Assembly: GCF_006345805.1 (NCBI RefSeq)
Contig: NC_043013.1
Coordinates: 21,762,001-21,826,000 of the forward strand
Length of the DNA: 64,000 bases
Reading direction: 5' to 3'
DNA from: Octopus sinensis
Taxonomy: Eukaryota
This document shows positions 1 to 12,325 of this stretch, piece after piece. Position 1 is the first letter of the stretch, and the number at the start of each line of letters is the position of its first letter. Under the pieces are notes generated by a model. That model had not been told where the DNA came from, did not search any database, and saw only the letters and a program-made list of their open reading frames with translations. The translations under genes were made by a program, and so were the position numbers.

Positions 1-840
1 ACTGCACTAAACTAAACGCAAAAGAAATAGACAAAGAAAAATCCCAACAATGGTTGAGAAGCTCAGGACTCAAAGCAGAAACAGAGGGATTTTTAATTGC
101 AGCACAAGACCAAAGCCTCCCCACCAGAAATTACCAAAAACATGTAATGAAAAGAAATATTACAAGTAACTGCAGAATATGTGGAGATGGACAAGAAACA
201 ATAAATCATATTATCTCTAGCTGCCCAGTCCTGGCTAAGAAGGAATATATTCACAGACATGACAGAGTTGGAACCTACATACACTGGAAGCTATGCCAAC
301 ATTATGGAATAACAACAGTAAAAAAGATGGTATAGGCACACACCAGAAAAGGTCACAGAAAACGAGAAAGCAACCATACTCTGGGATATGCCGATACACA
401 CAGATAGAGAAATTAAAGCCAACAGACCAGATATAGTTGTCAGAGATCATGAAGAAAAAAAAAATGCTTTCTAATTGATGTATCAATACCGGCAGATGAC
501 AACGTGTCTCTAAAAGAAATGGAGAAACTCTCAAAATACAAAGACCTGGAAATAGAGGTAACTAGAATGTGGAATCTGAAAACGGAAACAATTCCTATCA
601 TAGTAGGTGCATTAGGCATGATAAAAAAATATTCAGACAAATACATAACAAAAACACCAGGACTTACAAACACATATAACATACAGAAAATTGCACTACT
701 AGGCACTGCACACATCCTACGCAGAACACTTTCCATACAATAACCATCAGAGCATCACAACAAATCACAGCACATACCCAAGGCATACAGAGCTGCGCTC
801 GGTAGTGAAGTGAAAGCACGCTATAAAAATAAAACTACTG
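1..840 (+). mobile_element. R4/Dong-like non-LTR retrotransposon, 3' part (CCHC finger, RLE endonuclease, 3'UTR), continues upstream of the window
   Basis: Translates to WLRSSGLKAETEG, CRICGDGQETINHIISSC, RHDRV, ILWD, RPDIVV, IDVSIP, KYKDL, IIVGALG across homopolymer frameshifts. Ends in an (AAT)n tail at 841-870. Near-identical to 4947-5732 and the 3' end of 5791-8844. Confidence 0.9.
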
Positions 841-870
841 AATAATAATAATGATAATAATAATAGTAAT

Positions 871-3790
871 AAATTATTTTATTAGCCATGATCGCTCACA
901 TAAAATAACATTGAATGACATGCAACAACATAACAGACAAAAACGGGACGACACAATGGGTTTTACGGCGTGTAAACAATAAATAACATGTAAATCAAAC
1001 AAATAAAAAACTTCCAATAGGGGAGGCGCTTTAAGATCCTCGTGGAAAACCCCACAAAAGCCACGGGTGCCTGATCAATAGGGCAAGAGCCCTTCTTTAA
1101 TTCCCTTTTATTGTTTACAGGTGCGCGCTCAGAATTGGTATTTTTGCACTGGACATTCTTCCAACATTCACCCTCCTTTCAACACAATTACTACAAGGCA
1201 ACACTTCCCTCTCCACCCCCAACTTCCATTTCAAATGAAACTTGAAAGAGTTGGTGAGGGCTTGGCCAAAGAGGAAAGTCTCTGACTTTAGCCCTTTCAG
1301 ACGAGTCCACCATACTACCGATTTCGCTACAGCCACTAAAATAAAAATTGCCTGCTCCTCCCAGCCAAAGGAGGGTGGTGGTGTAATCCTCACTATGGAT
1401 TCAGCTGATAGCGGATCCGTCCAACACGGGACAGCAGGTGTTCGACATAAACCCACAGAGGTCAGCAATATTCGGTCACTGGATGAGGGCGTGTAGAAAG
1501 GTTTCATCATTCTGGGCACACTTCGAGCAGGCCTGGCTGACGGCACTTCCGTACCTGTAAAGTTTATCTCAAACAGTCAACGCCCCTCGGTGGCACTGCC
1601 AGGCAAGGGACTTCTCGAACTTATTCATAGGCCTAGGCCAGAAAGTTCTCCGAAACAGACTATTTCGTTGATCTTCATCGATGCCTAGAGTTTCCCCGAG
1701 AACGTCGTCGCGATATCCTTCCACTAGCCCTCTATAGAAGGCTAGAGTGAAACTACACTGACCTCATTGTTCACCTGGCGGAGGGCGTAGACAAGCACCC
1801 CCTCTTCGGTCTACGCATAATCCAGGTTTGCAGCTCAGTCAAAGGGACGGTCTGTGAAAAAATGTACCTGACAAGCAGTGACCAGACCTGCTCACCGTCA
1901 AGGAAACGCTGGTGATGCCGCAAACTCAATGAATGTCTGCGAATTAGTAACCACGGCATGCCAAGCCCTCCATTCAGTGACTGTTGACAGTAGATGGAGC
2001 TCCTGACCGGTGGAACGCGCGCCTTCCACAGAAGAGGGAAGAGTAAACGCACCAGGTTGGTCAACCAGCAAACGGGGCAAGGGACGACGGTCAAGTGGTA
2101 AAAGATGACAAATGCGATGTACACATTCGCCTCCTCCCCTCGACCGCTCTGAAGCAGCTCCCTATAGGCCCATGTCTGGGTTAGGTTGGCTACCTTCCTC
2201 GTCACCTCGTCCCAGTTTTTATGCACCTGAAGGTCTGGACCAAACTAGATTCCGAGCAATGCAATTTAATGGGCCCGTCTCTTTCGGTTCGAACACCTTG
2301 TATCCTTCCTGGTCCACCAAAGACCGAATGGTGCCTTTATTGTCACTTTTCACCTCCGTCACGCGGGCCTATCGTTACGCTATCATTCCCTTTCCGCAGC
2401 TTTCGTGTTTGGCGTCGAAAAATTGGTCGAAGGTCAACCTCACGCCGTGTTCGGCTTCCAGTAACCGGGACCGTGTCTATGAAGCCTATCCAAGTCGACT
2501 GTACGGATCACAAATTTGTGGTCTGTGTAGTTGACCATGTGAAATTATGAACACCCGATGATATCCTTGTCCGCTGGCTTACACAATACTCTATCTAGAT
2601 ACGATCTAGATAACCAGATGCGGTTTGTTCAAGTCCACATTGGGACATTCGGATAATCTAATCGGTACCCGGCAGACAGTGGATAATGTCTGAGTAGATT
2701 TTTGAGGTTTTTGCACCCCACCTCTCTTATAAGAATCTCCTACGCAATCGAAACATCCATCTAAGACAGCGTTCTAATCCCCTACTAGTACGAATGTTCG
2801 AGACGTACTCCAGACGCTTGAAGTAATCAGACCACCCTGCCCCTGTAGAGCCACCAGTCTGAAAGCCCCGCCGTCACTGCTGTTGACATCTAGGACCACC
2901 AACTTACCTTCTGAATCCAGGAAGACTGCCCTTATATTCAAATACGGACCCTTCCAGAAAAGCACCACAGTTTTACTATTACACCACCCAGGCCGACACA
3001 GAGATAGAAAATCTCCGTGGGTCGGATATCTGGATTCACTAATGACTGCAACATTTACAGTAAGTGACCTCAGGTAATTTAAAAGGTGACGTTGTTTCCA
3101 AGGTGATCCGAGGCCCCTGGCCTCTATAAAACTATTCTGAGCATCACCAAGTTAAAATAAATTTAGAATGGATCGCGGCCGTATCCTCTATATCATAGAA
3201 GACAGAGGCCATCAGCCAACATATGTTTATTTCAGGGGTACCCCCCCCCCCCGGCCAATATTAATTTTGGTGACGTGCCGACCAAGACATGTCGGCACGA
3301 CGATAATGTCTTCTGAAAATAGTGGCACTGTGGAATGTTTTCTTGCTTCTTCCGTTCCGTAGCGCACTTCCACAGTACCGAACCATTTTCCACGTGTCAC
3401 TTATGCTTTCTTCTTCCAAATTGGTTTCAGAATTAGTTCCAGTTATTCTTGTGTTGCTCGTTCCAATGACTTTTTTGTTTGTTTATACATTTTTTACGTA
3501 ATGCTTCTTCTGTTTGTGTCTAGAACAATTTCTTTCGGGGTATTTAGAGAGACATTATTACCTTGTCTCACTAAAAGCCCCTTGAAATTTTTTAAATCCT
3601 CTAATGTGACGTTTATCGTTTCTCTTGTTTGTTTCGCTGCAGAAGCGAAACCGTGTCTATTGGATTTGTCATTTGCGTTTGTGATTGTATTTTCTTTGTT
3701 GTTTCTCTTGTTCATAGCGGTGGTGGCTTTGGCGGCGTTTTCTTGACTTTTTTTCTTTTCCAGTGTTAATGGTTGTGTAGGTGCAGTGAG
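871..3790 (-). mobile_element. L1/Tx1-clade non-LTR retrotransposon with the RT core deleted (ORF1 remnant, APE endonuclease, post-RT and C-terminal region)
   Basis: Minus strand about 3115-2440 reads RGLGSPWKQ..VAVISE..FLDSEGKLVVLDV..LVGD*NAVLD..SRSYLDRVLC..YTDHK..GPGYWK (APE). The linker DQFFDAKHESC..TIRSLVDQEG..EPKE joins near 2281 directly to DGPIKL..FGPDLQVHKNWDEV..GGLGMPWL. The 3' end with AATAAA abuts (TTA)n. Confidence 0.8.
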
Positions 3791-3837
3791 TGGTGTTGGT
3801 ACTGTTCTTTGTGCTGTTCAGAGGATAAATCGTCGAG

Positions 3838-4700
3838 GTACTAACCGTCAGAAAAGCTGGGAGTTGGCAGAAACGCTAGCACGTCGGGCGAAATGCTTCG
3901 CGGTATTTCGTCTGCCGTTACGTTGTGAGTTCAAATTCCGCCGAGGTCGACTTTGCCTTTCATCCTTTCGGGGTCGATAAATTAAGTACCAGTTAAGCAC
4001 TGGGGTCGATATAATCGACTTAATACCTATGTCTGTCCATGTTTGTCCCCTCTATGTTCAGCCCCTTGTGGGTAATAAAGAAATAGGTACTAACCGTCAG
4101 AAAAGCTGGGAGTTGGCAGAAACGTTAGCACGCCGGGCGAAATGCTTTGCGGTATTTCGTCTGCCACTACGTTCTGAGTTCAAATTGCGCCGTGGTCGAC
4201 TTTGCCTTTCATCCTTTCGGAGTCAATTAAATAAGTAGCAGTTACGCACTGAGGTCGATGTAATCGACTTAATCCGTTTGTCTGTCCTTCTTTGTCCCCT
4301 CTATGTTTAGCCCCTTGTGGGTAGTAAAGAAATAGGTATTTCGGCTGCGGTTACGTTCTGAGTTCGAATTCTGCCGTGGTCGACTTTGCCTTTCATCCTT
4401 TCGGGGTCAATTAAATAAGTACCAGTTACGCACTGAGGTCGACGTAATTGACTTAATACATAGGTCTGACCTTGTTTGTCCCCTCTATGTTTAGCCCCTT
4501 GTGGGTAGTGAAGAAATAGGTATTTTGTCTAACGTTACGTTCTGAGTTCAAATTCCGCCGAGGTCGGCTTTGCCTTTCATCCTTTCGGAGTAGATAAATT
4601 AAATACCAGTTACGCACTGGGGTCGATATAATCGACTTAATCCGTTTGTATGTCCTCTCTGTGTTTAGCCGCTTGTGGGTATTAAAGAAATAGGTACTGA
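3838..4700 (+). mobile_element. Head-to-tail array of four tRNA-derived SINE units (two about 250 bp, two about 180 bp, 5'-shortened)
   Basis: Repeated GAGTTGGCAGAAACG..GAGTTCAAATTCCGCCGAGGTCGACTTTGCCTTTCATCCTTTCGGGGTCGAT..GAAATAGGTA with a Pol III B-box-like GAGTTCAAATT. Same family as the single copy at 37772. Confidence 0.8.
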
Positions 4701-4848
4701 CCGACAGAACTCTTAACGGAAAAGAATCCCTTCTGTACACCAATAGGGGTTTAGAAAACAAAAACACTTACATAACAGCCAACAACCTTCAAAAATACAC
4801 AAGAAAACAATTCAAACATACTGAGCGTTCAAAACACGTTTTACCTCG

Positions 4849-4889
4849 ACGACGACGACAAGAAGAAGAAGAACAACAACAACAACGAC

Positions 4890-4946
<57 letters not shown>
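4849..4946. repeat. Compound microsatellite (CGA)(AGA)(ACA)(AAT)n
   Basis: Directly visible; its (AAT)n end forms the 5' junction of the next element. Confidence 0.95.
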
Positions 4947-4947
<1 letters not shown>

Positions 4948-5729
4948 GCTGAGAAGCTCAGGACTCAAAGCAGAAACAGAGGGATTCTTAATTGCAGCAC
5001 AAGACCAAAGCCTCCCCACCAGAAATTACCAAAAACATGTAATGAAAAGAAATATTACAAGTAACTGCAGAATATGTGGAGATGGACAAGAAACAATAAA
5101 TCATATTATCTCTAGCTGCCCAGTCCTGGCTAAGAAGGAATATATTCACAGACATGACAGAGTTGGAACCTACATACACTGGAAGCTATGCCAACATTAT
5201 GGAATAACAACAGAAAAAAGATGGTATAGGCACACACCAGAAAAGGTCACAGAAAACGAGAAAGCAACCATACTCTGGGATATGCCGATACACACAGATA
5301 GAGAAATTAAAGCCAACAGACCAGATATAGTTGTCAGAGATCATGAAGAAAAAAAAATGCTTTCTAATTGATGTATCAATACCGGCAGATGACAACGTGT
5401 CTCTAAAAGAAATGGAGAAACTCTCAAAATACAAAGACCTGGAAATAGAGGTAACTAGAATGTGGAATCTGAAAACGGAAACAATTCCTATCATAGTAGG
5501 TGCATTAGGCATGATAAAAAATATTCAGACAAATACATAACAAAAACACCAGGACTTACAAACACATATAACATACAGAAAATTGCACTACTAGGCACTG
5601 CACACATCCTACGCAGAACACTTTCCATACAATAACCATCAGAGCATCACAACAAATCACAGCACATACCCAAGGCACACAGAGCTGCGCTCGGTAGTGA
5701 AGTGAAAGCACGCTATAAAAATAAAACTA

Positions 5730-5732
<3 letters not shown>
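4947..5732 (+). mobile_element. 5'-truncated R4/Dong-like copy (same family as 1-840)
   Basis: Near-identical to 1-840; starts at AATGGCTGAGAAGCTC immediately after (AAT)n and ends ACTACTG plus (AAT)n (5733-5790). Confidence 0.9.
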
Positions 5733-5790
<58 letters not shown>

Positions 5791-5793
<3 letters not shown>

Positions 5794-8700
5794 CCACAAA
5801 GCCCAAAATGGACCACCGACCATACCTCCCAAGAATAAAAATAAACGAAATAACAACACCAATTATAAACAGCATAAACCTAGCCGTCACTGAACTAGCC
5901 ACTGAAACAAAAAAAAGTGATATCACTGAACTGAATGACTTGATATACGCAGCAGCCACTGCAGCCACAAAAGAAGCTGAATACTCACCCAAACCCGCCC
6001 AAACAGGAGTACCACCACCCAAACAAACCCTGTGGATAAATAACATCCAAAACAAAATAAAAAAAATTAGAAAAGACCTGTCTATTCTTAACGAAATCAG
6101 CAAACAATCAACGCTACTGAGCAACAAAAAGAGAACAAAAATGCTCCGCAAATATAACATCACAGAAAATGATTTGCCGGAGATAAAAGAAAAGCTGAAG
6201 CAAGATATCCTTGCCAAAGCTCAAAGGATCCGCCGGTACGAGAAACGCCAACGCTTCTTTGAACAGAACAAAAAGTTCAACACCAACCCCAAAAAGTTCT
6301 ACCAAGATCTGGGAAAAAATAAAATAGAAGTCACTACAGCACCAACGGCAGAAGAATTGGAAGAATTCTGGAGAGAAATATGGTCGGCGAACGAACGGCC
6401 AAAAAAAAGGAGTATCAAAATAACAAACTCGGCATGTGAACAACTTTGGACCCCCATAACAACTGAAGAGGTCACCCAGGCACTGCAAAGACTAAGCAAC
6501 TGGAAGGCACCTGGGCATGACAAGATCCCCAACTTCTGGTTGAAATATCTAACAGGAATGCACAAAAAGCTGGCTGAAAACTTTAACAGCATACTAGCAG
6601 AGCCAGAGACAATGCCTGAATGGCTCACGAAGGGGAAAACCATCTTAATTCCCAAATCAAATGAAACAGCAAAACCAGAAAACTACAGACCAATAACCTG
6701 CCTCCCTACTATGTTCAAGGTATTTACTGCAGTGATATCGCAAAGGCTGAACAAGCACCTGGACGAAAGCAAACTGTTCCCAGAAGAGCAGAAAGGATGC
6801 CGCAAAGGCTCATATGGCTGTAAAGATCAACTAATGATTAATAAAGCCGTAACTGAAGACAGCCACAGAAAGAAGAAAGGCCTCAGTATGGCCTGGATTG
6901 ACTACAAAAAGGCGTTTGATAGCATCCTCCACACGTGGATCCTTGAAACACTAGCCATTAACAAAGTAGCACCAACAATCATAAAATTCATAGAGCACTC
7001 TATGAATAAATGGCAAACAGTCCTACACCTCCAAACAAAAGAGGGACTCATGAAAACCAAAGACATCCCCATCAGAAGAGGAATATTCCAAGGAGACACA
7101 CTCTCTCCACTCCTTTTCTGCTTGGCACTGTCACCTCTATCTGATATGCTAAATAGAACTGGATGCGGATATAAATGTTACGGCAAAACGATCAGCCACC
7201 TTTTATATATGGATGACCTAAAACTATACGCTGCAAATGACAAACAGCTGGAAACACTATTAAAGACAGTTCATGGATTTACCAAAGAAATAGATATGAA
7301 ATTTGGATTAGAAAAATGCGCCAAAGTAACCATGAAAAGAGGAAAACTAGTTAAGAGTAACAACATCACACTAGATAAAACCGATGAAATAAAAGAATTA
7401 GACCAAAGCCAAACTTACAAATACTTAGGAATCCATGAACTAGATAAGACACAACACACAAAAATGAAAGAGAAAATAAAAAAAAGAATATTATAGGCGA
7501 GTTAGATCAATACTAAAAACAGAGCTCAATGCTAAAAACAAGATAATAGGTATCAACACTTTAGCTGTCCCAGTTATAAGTTACAGCTACAATATCCTTA
7601 ACTGGACACGAAATGAACTGTCCAAAATAGATAGGAAAACAAGAAAAATACTGACAGGATCTAGGATGCATCACCCAAAATCTGACATAGAAAGACTATA
7701 TATACAACGTATAGAAGGTGGTAGAGGCCTTATACAACTGGAGAACTACTATAAAATAACCACCATAGGACTGCAAAAATACCTACTTCAGAAGGAAGGA
7801 AAACTGATCCAGATAGCAGCAAAACACGAGCAAAACAAAAAACTGTTCTCAGTATTTAAGGAAGCTGACAAATACAAACAAGAAATCATACCACCTAATA
7901 AACACGAAGAAGAAGAAGGAGATGATGAAGAAACAACAAAAGCTATAAAACAAATGAAATCCAAACTAAAAATAGAACAGCAACGAACCATGATAAAACG
8001 ATGGCAAGAATAGCCCCTTCATGGTAAATACTGCACTAAACTAAACGCAAAAGAAATAGACAAAGAAAAATCCCAGCAATGGTTGAGAAGCTCAGGACTC
8101 AAAGCAGAAACAAGACCAAAGCCTCCCCACCAGAAATTACCAAAAACAAGTAATGAAAAGAAATATTACAAGTAACTGCAGAATATGTGGAGATGGACAA
8201 GAAACAATAAATCATATTATCTCTAGCTGCCCAGTCCTGGCTAAGAAGGAATATATTCACAGACATGACAGAGTTGGAACCTACATACACTGGAAGCTAT
8301 GCCAACATTATAGAATAACAACAGTAAAAAGATGGTATAGGCACACACCAGAAAAGGTCACAGAAAACGAGAAAGCAACCATACTCTGGGATATGCCGAT
8401 ACACACAGATAGAATAATTAAGGCCAACAGACCAGATATAGTTGTCAGAGATCATGAAGAAAAAAAAATGCTTTCTAATTGATGTATCAATACCGGCAGA
8501 TGACAACGTGTCTCTAAAAGAAATGGAGAAACTCTCAAAATACAAAGACCTGGAAATAGAGGTAACTAGAATGTGGAATCTGAAAACGGAAACAATTCCT
8601 ATCATAGTAGGTGCATTAGGCATGATAAAAAAATATTCAGACAAATACATAACAAAAACACCAGGACTTACAAACACATATAACATACAGAAAATTGCAC

Positions 8701-8844
8701 TACTAGGCACTGCACACATCCTACGCAGAACACTTTCCATACAATAACCATCAGAGCATCACAACAAATCATAGCACATACCCAAGGCATACAGTGCTGC
8801 GCTCGGTAGTGAAGTGAAAGCACGCTATAAAAATAAAACTACTG
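5791..8844 (+). mobile_element. About 3 kb 5'-truncated R4/Dong-like element with RT, CCHC and RLE domains
   Basis: Flanked by (AAT)n on both sides; same 3' end as 1-840. Confidence 0.92.
5808..8747 (+). pseudogene. Disrupted RT/RLE polyprotein of the R4/Dong-like element
   Basis: The 562-aa ORF carries KAPGHD, NYRPITCLPT, EQKGC, WIDYKKAFDS, GIFQGDTLSPLLF and HLLYMDDLKLY. It is broken by a +1 A-run frameshift (about 7480), TAG at 8011, a 23-bp deletion near 8112 and another A-run frameshift near 8465. Confidence 0.9.
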
Positions 8845-8877
<33 letters not shown>

Positions 8878-8887
8878 TAAATAATAA

Positions 8888-9160
8888 TGTTGTGGTTAAT
8901 GAGGAGAGTAGTCGTGATACCCAGGATAATTGATGCACTTGGAAGTATCAGCACTAACTTACCAGCATGGCTGAAAAAGATCGGTGCAAGTGTGAAGGTA
9001 GAACGCCTACAAAAATCAGCATTGCTTGGAACTACAAGAATTCTTCGCAGGGTCCTTGAAGCATGACCAGTAAATATGTGTCACCTTAGTCCGCTGCTTG
9101 TGGACAGCTGACACTTTCCATCATACCCAGCAAAATAAGCTGTAAGTTTTCTTATAATTA
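8888..9160 (+). mobile_element. Short 3' end of a second R4/Dong-like family
   Basis: Reads ..LPAWLKKIGASVKVERLQKSALLGTTRILRRVLEA* then 3'UTR; bounded by (AAT)n on both sides (about 8847-8887 and 9160-9260). Confidence 0.75.
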
Positions 9161-9168
9161 TAATAAAG

Positions 9169-9247
<79 letters not shown>

Positions 9248-9261
9248 TAATAATAGTAATA

Positions 9262-10616
9262 CTTTCTTATATTGGACCGTTCTTATAAAAATAGGGACAA
9301 TACAACACAAAGGGACAAGTGGGGTGTTGAACAATGCCGTATATACAATCAGTAACAGAAAATAGATAACAAAAAAATTGAACAATAAAAATTCCCCAAA
9401 AGGGGTTAGCTCCTCACAGGGACAACCACAGACCCCCACACTACCTGGTTATTCCGACCGCCAGTGCAACTCAGTAGGCACCTCTCTCCTTCTCAACTCC
9501 TCCGGTTTACAAACGAAAGTTCAGAGCAGGCCCCTTTACTAGGACCATCCTAATCACATACACCCACCTTTCATCAAATTTACTGGGGAGCAGAACTTCC
9601 CTTTCTACCCTCACTTACCTTTTTAAGTGGAACTTGAAAAAGTCAATGAGGGTTTGGCCCAAGAGGAAAGCATATGTCTTCAGTCTGCTCAGATTCGTCA
9701 ACCGCTTTCGCCATAGCTACCAGACAGAGGAAAACTGTCTTTTCTTCCTGGTCAAAGGAATGCGGCATCCGGGCGATCTTCACGATGGACTCAGATGATA
9801 ACCGGATCTGTCCTACACGCGATAACAACCGTTTGACAAAGCTCCATAAGTCAGTAATGCAAGGACACTGGATGAGTGCGTACAGGACGGTTTCGTCGTT
9901 CTGCGCACACCTCTAACCAACCAGTCTGACAGCACTTTTGTGTCTGCAGAGATTGTTTGGAGCTGGCTGAGCTCCCCGATAGCACATCCAGGCCATAGAA
10001 TTTTGGAATTTATTCATACGATTCGGCCTGATAGTCCCCCGGAAATGATCAGTTAGTTGATCTCTTCTGACGCCCAGAGTTTCTACAAGGACGACGTGAT
10101 TCTTACCCGCTACTAATCCCCTATAAAACTCCGCAGTGGAACTTCCTCTGACTGCGTTGCCCGACTGACAGGAGGCTCTGAGCTTTTGCTAACACTCCAA
10201 GTGTCACGCGTCCTTTCTGGGTCTACGCTTCATTGAGTACTATAACTCCGATAATGACATGAGCTGCAGAAAATCCTACTTGACAAACAGTGACCACATC
10301 TGTTCACCGTTAAGAAAATGCTGGAGATGTTGTAGCCTCAGCGTATATCTGTACATCATTAGCCAGGGCACGCCCGGTCCTCCACTCTGTGGCTGTTGTT
10401 AGCAAAAAACCGTATGACGAGGGGAAAACGTCTTTTCCAGAGAAGGCGGGATACTAACCGTTCTAGCTTGGTCAGCTACAAAGCAGGGCAATGGACGATT
10501 GTCAGGTGGTAATAGATGAGGGAAACTATGTACGCATTCGCCACTTCCACCCAACCTTTCGTGGACAATATCGTCTCTACCCATTTCTGTGTGAGATTGG
10601 AACTCCTGCTCGAGTG
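9262..10616 (-). mobile_element. 5'-truncated L1/Tx1-clade element (post-RT and C-terminal region)
   Basis: Minus strand reads EVANAYIVSLIYYHLTIVHCP..LERLVSRLLWK, homologous to 1771-2226; the 3' part resembles 1115-1546; the 3' end abuts (TTA)n. Confidence 0.75.
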
Positions 10617-10990
10617 GTGGAATCGGAGACTAGCAAAATCACGTGGGATTTCTTAATCCAAACAGATCAAGTGCTAGAGCTAACAGACCGGACATAGTGG
10701 TGGTGGACCGCATATGCTATATCGTTGATGCTGCATACTCCTTTGACTCACGAATAGTCAAGAAAGAAGGCGATAAAATAAATAAATACAACACTTGTTA
10801 AGTACGAAAAAGCTCGGTTATGGGAAATGCAGAAGGTGAAGATAGTTCCAATTATTGTTGGGTCCTTGGGGACATTTTCAGAAGGCACCATGAGAGGTAT
10901 AAAAGACACTGGAAAAAGGGCTTAGTAGAACTGTAACAAAAGGTTTGTGTCTTTGGCAAGGCCAGAATAATCAGGTAAATATTCAATGAT
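10617..10990 (+). mobile_element. R4-like RLE-domain fragment
   Basis: KITWDFLIQTDQVL..(N)RPDIVVVD..KIVPIIVG with frameshifts. Confidence 0.65.
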
Positions 10991-11129
10991 GAAGCGGAGT
11001 GGCTGCATGAAATCCAAGACACGTTAATAAATATAGAAGCCCAAGAAGACATAATGATATGTACAGAAATGAAAAAAAAGCAATTAAAAAATTGACCCAT
11101 AAAGACAGAAGATCTCTCTTGAATTCTGA

Positions 11130-12060
11130 CACATTTGAATAGGAACGTGCAGAAACATTACTCTTTCAGATACCTAAAATTGCAAAGTCCATGGGATTGA
11201 CATCTAGACTTAGGAGAGGCCGTATTTTCTTGTCTCCAAAACCGTTGAAATGCTCTTTAAACCACCTCTGTCCCAAATTGGATGTGTGGGCCGGAGCCCT
11301 GTCTAGAGTGAAGGTGTAACGGTCACCAAAGGTTTCTGTGATCCAGGGTAACACTATCTCATCCAACATTTCCAAATAAGCCTCACTGTTATCCTTGACG
11401 CCCAGAATCGATGAAGATCAATGGAGGCTTGGACCCATTTGATGCATCTGTAACCCACACTATGAGAGAAGCTGTCTTCTGATGGCGTATACGAATCCTG
11501 TTACCGTCGGGCAAGTCCCCTGCATTATATGCATAAAGCCTGTCATTCTATTGGGAACTGCCTCCACGGTGAATAGTTTCTCATCGGACCATATCAGCAC
11601 TTTGTTAGTGGCACGCTTCATCTCAGCTAACATAGTTTTACCCCTGTCGAGCCGTTTCTTCTTGGATGTTGCTGAAATTGACCGCTTGGATTATTTCTTT
11701 TTTGCAGCAAGTTTTAAATCCACTTTAAAAATCCTGTTCATTGACGATTTCGAAATATCAAGAGCTGTTGCAGCTTTTCTTGCATACTGCGGGGATTTCC
11801 GTCCATTCGTTTCTTCACAGCTTCAATATTCCAATTGTTCGCTTCCTACCAGGAATTGGCTTGCTAGAAGTTGTAGCGGACTCCATATATTGTTCCCAGG
11901 TATTGAGCAGTTTTACAACACACATTCAACCGTTTTGTTATGTCATCGCTTCTCACTCTAGCTGCTCTCAAAGCAACAATCTCGTCATGTTTTGCTTTCG
12001 ACGCCATGTTTGTTTGCAAACCAATTTTAGACGAACGAAACAATAGACACACGAACAAAA
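11130..12060 (-). mobile_element. Decayed DD37D (maT-type) Tc1/mariner-superfamily transposon
   Basis: N-terminus MASKAKHDEIVALRAARV..ITKRLNVC. The catalytic C-terminus DRAPAHTS..LDVNPMDFAI has 37 residues between the second and third acidic residues. TIRs not resolved. Confidence 0.7.
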
Positions 12061-12159
12061 GACATAACCAAATCTTTACGTTAAATGTAGATATTACCTG
12101 AACCGATATTCTTTAGGAAGAGTTTTACACACGGGTAAATCGTTCTGGGGCACTCTGGA

Positions 12160-12325
12160 CATGAATAACATATATAGAAAAGAAAGAGAAGAGAGAGAAT
12201 GGAGAGGGGAGAGAGAATGGAGAGGGAGAGAGAATGAATGAGGGAGAGAGAAAGAGAAAGAAAGAGAGAGAGAGAGAAAGAGAAGACGATATATAGAAAA
12301 AGTGAGAGAGAGAGAGAGAGAGAGA
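12160..12325. repeat. (GA)-rich low-complexity tract
   Basis: Directly visible. Confidence 0.9.

Noticed and set aside
3838-4700. CRISPR-like array
   Set aside because: Units are 180-250 bp SINE copies without unique spacers, in a eukaryotic context.
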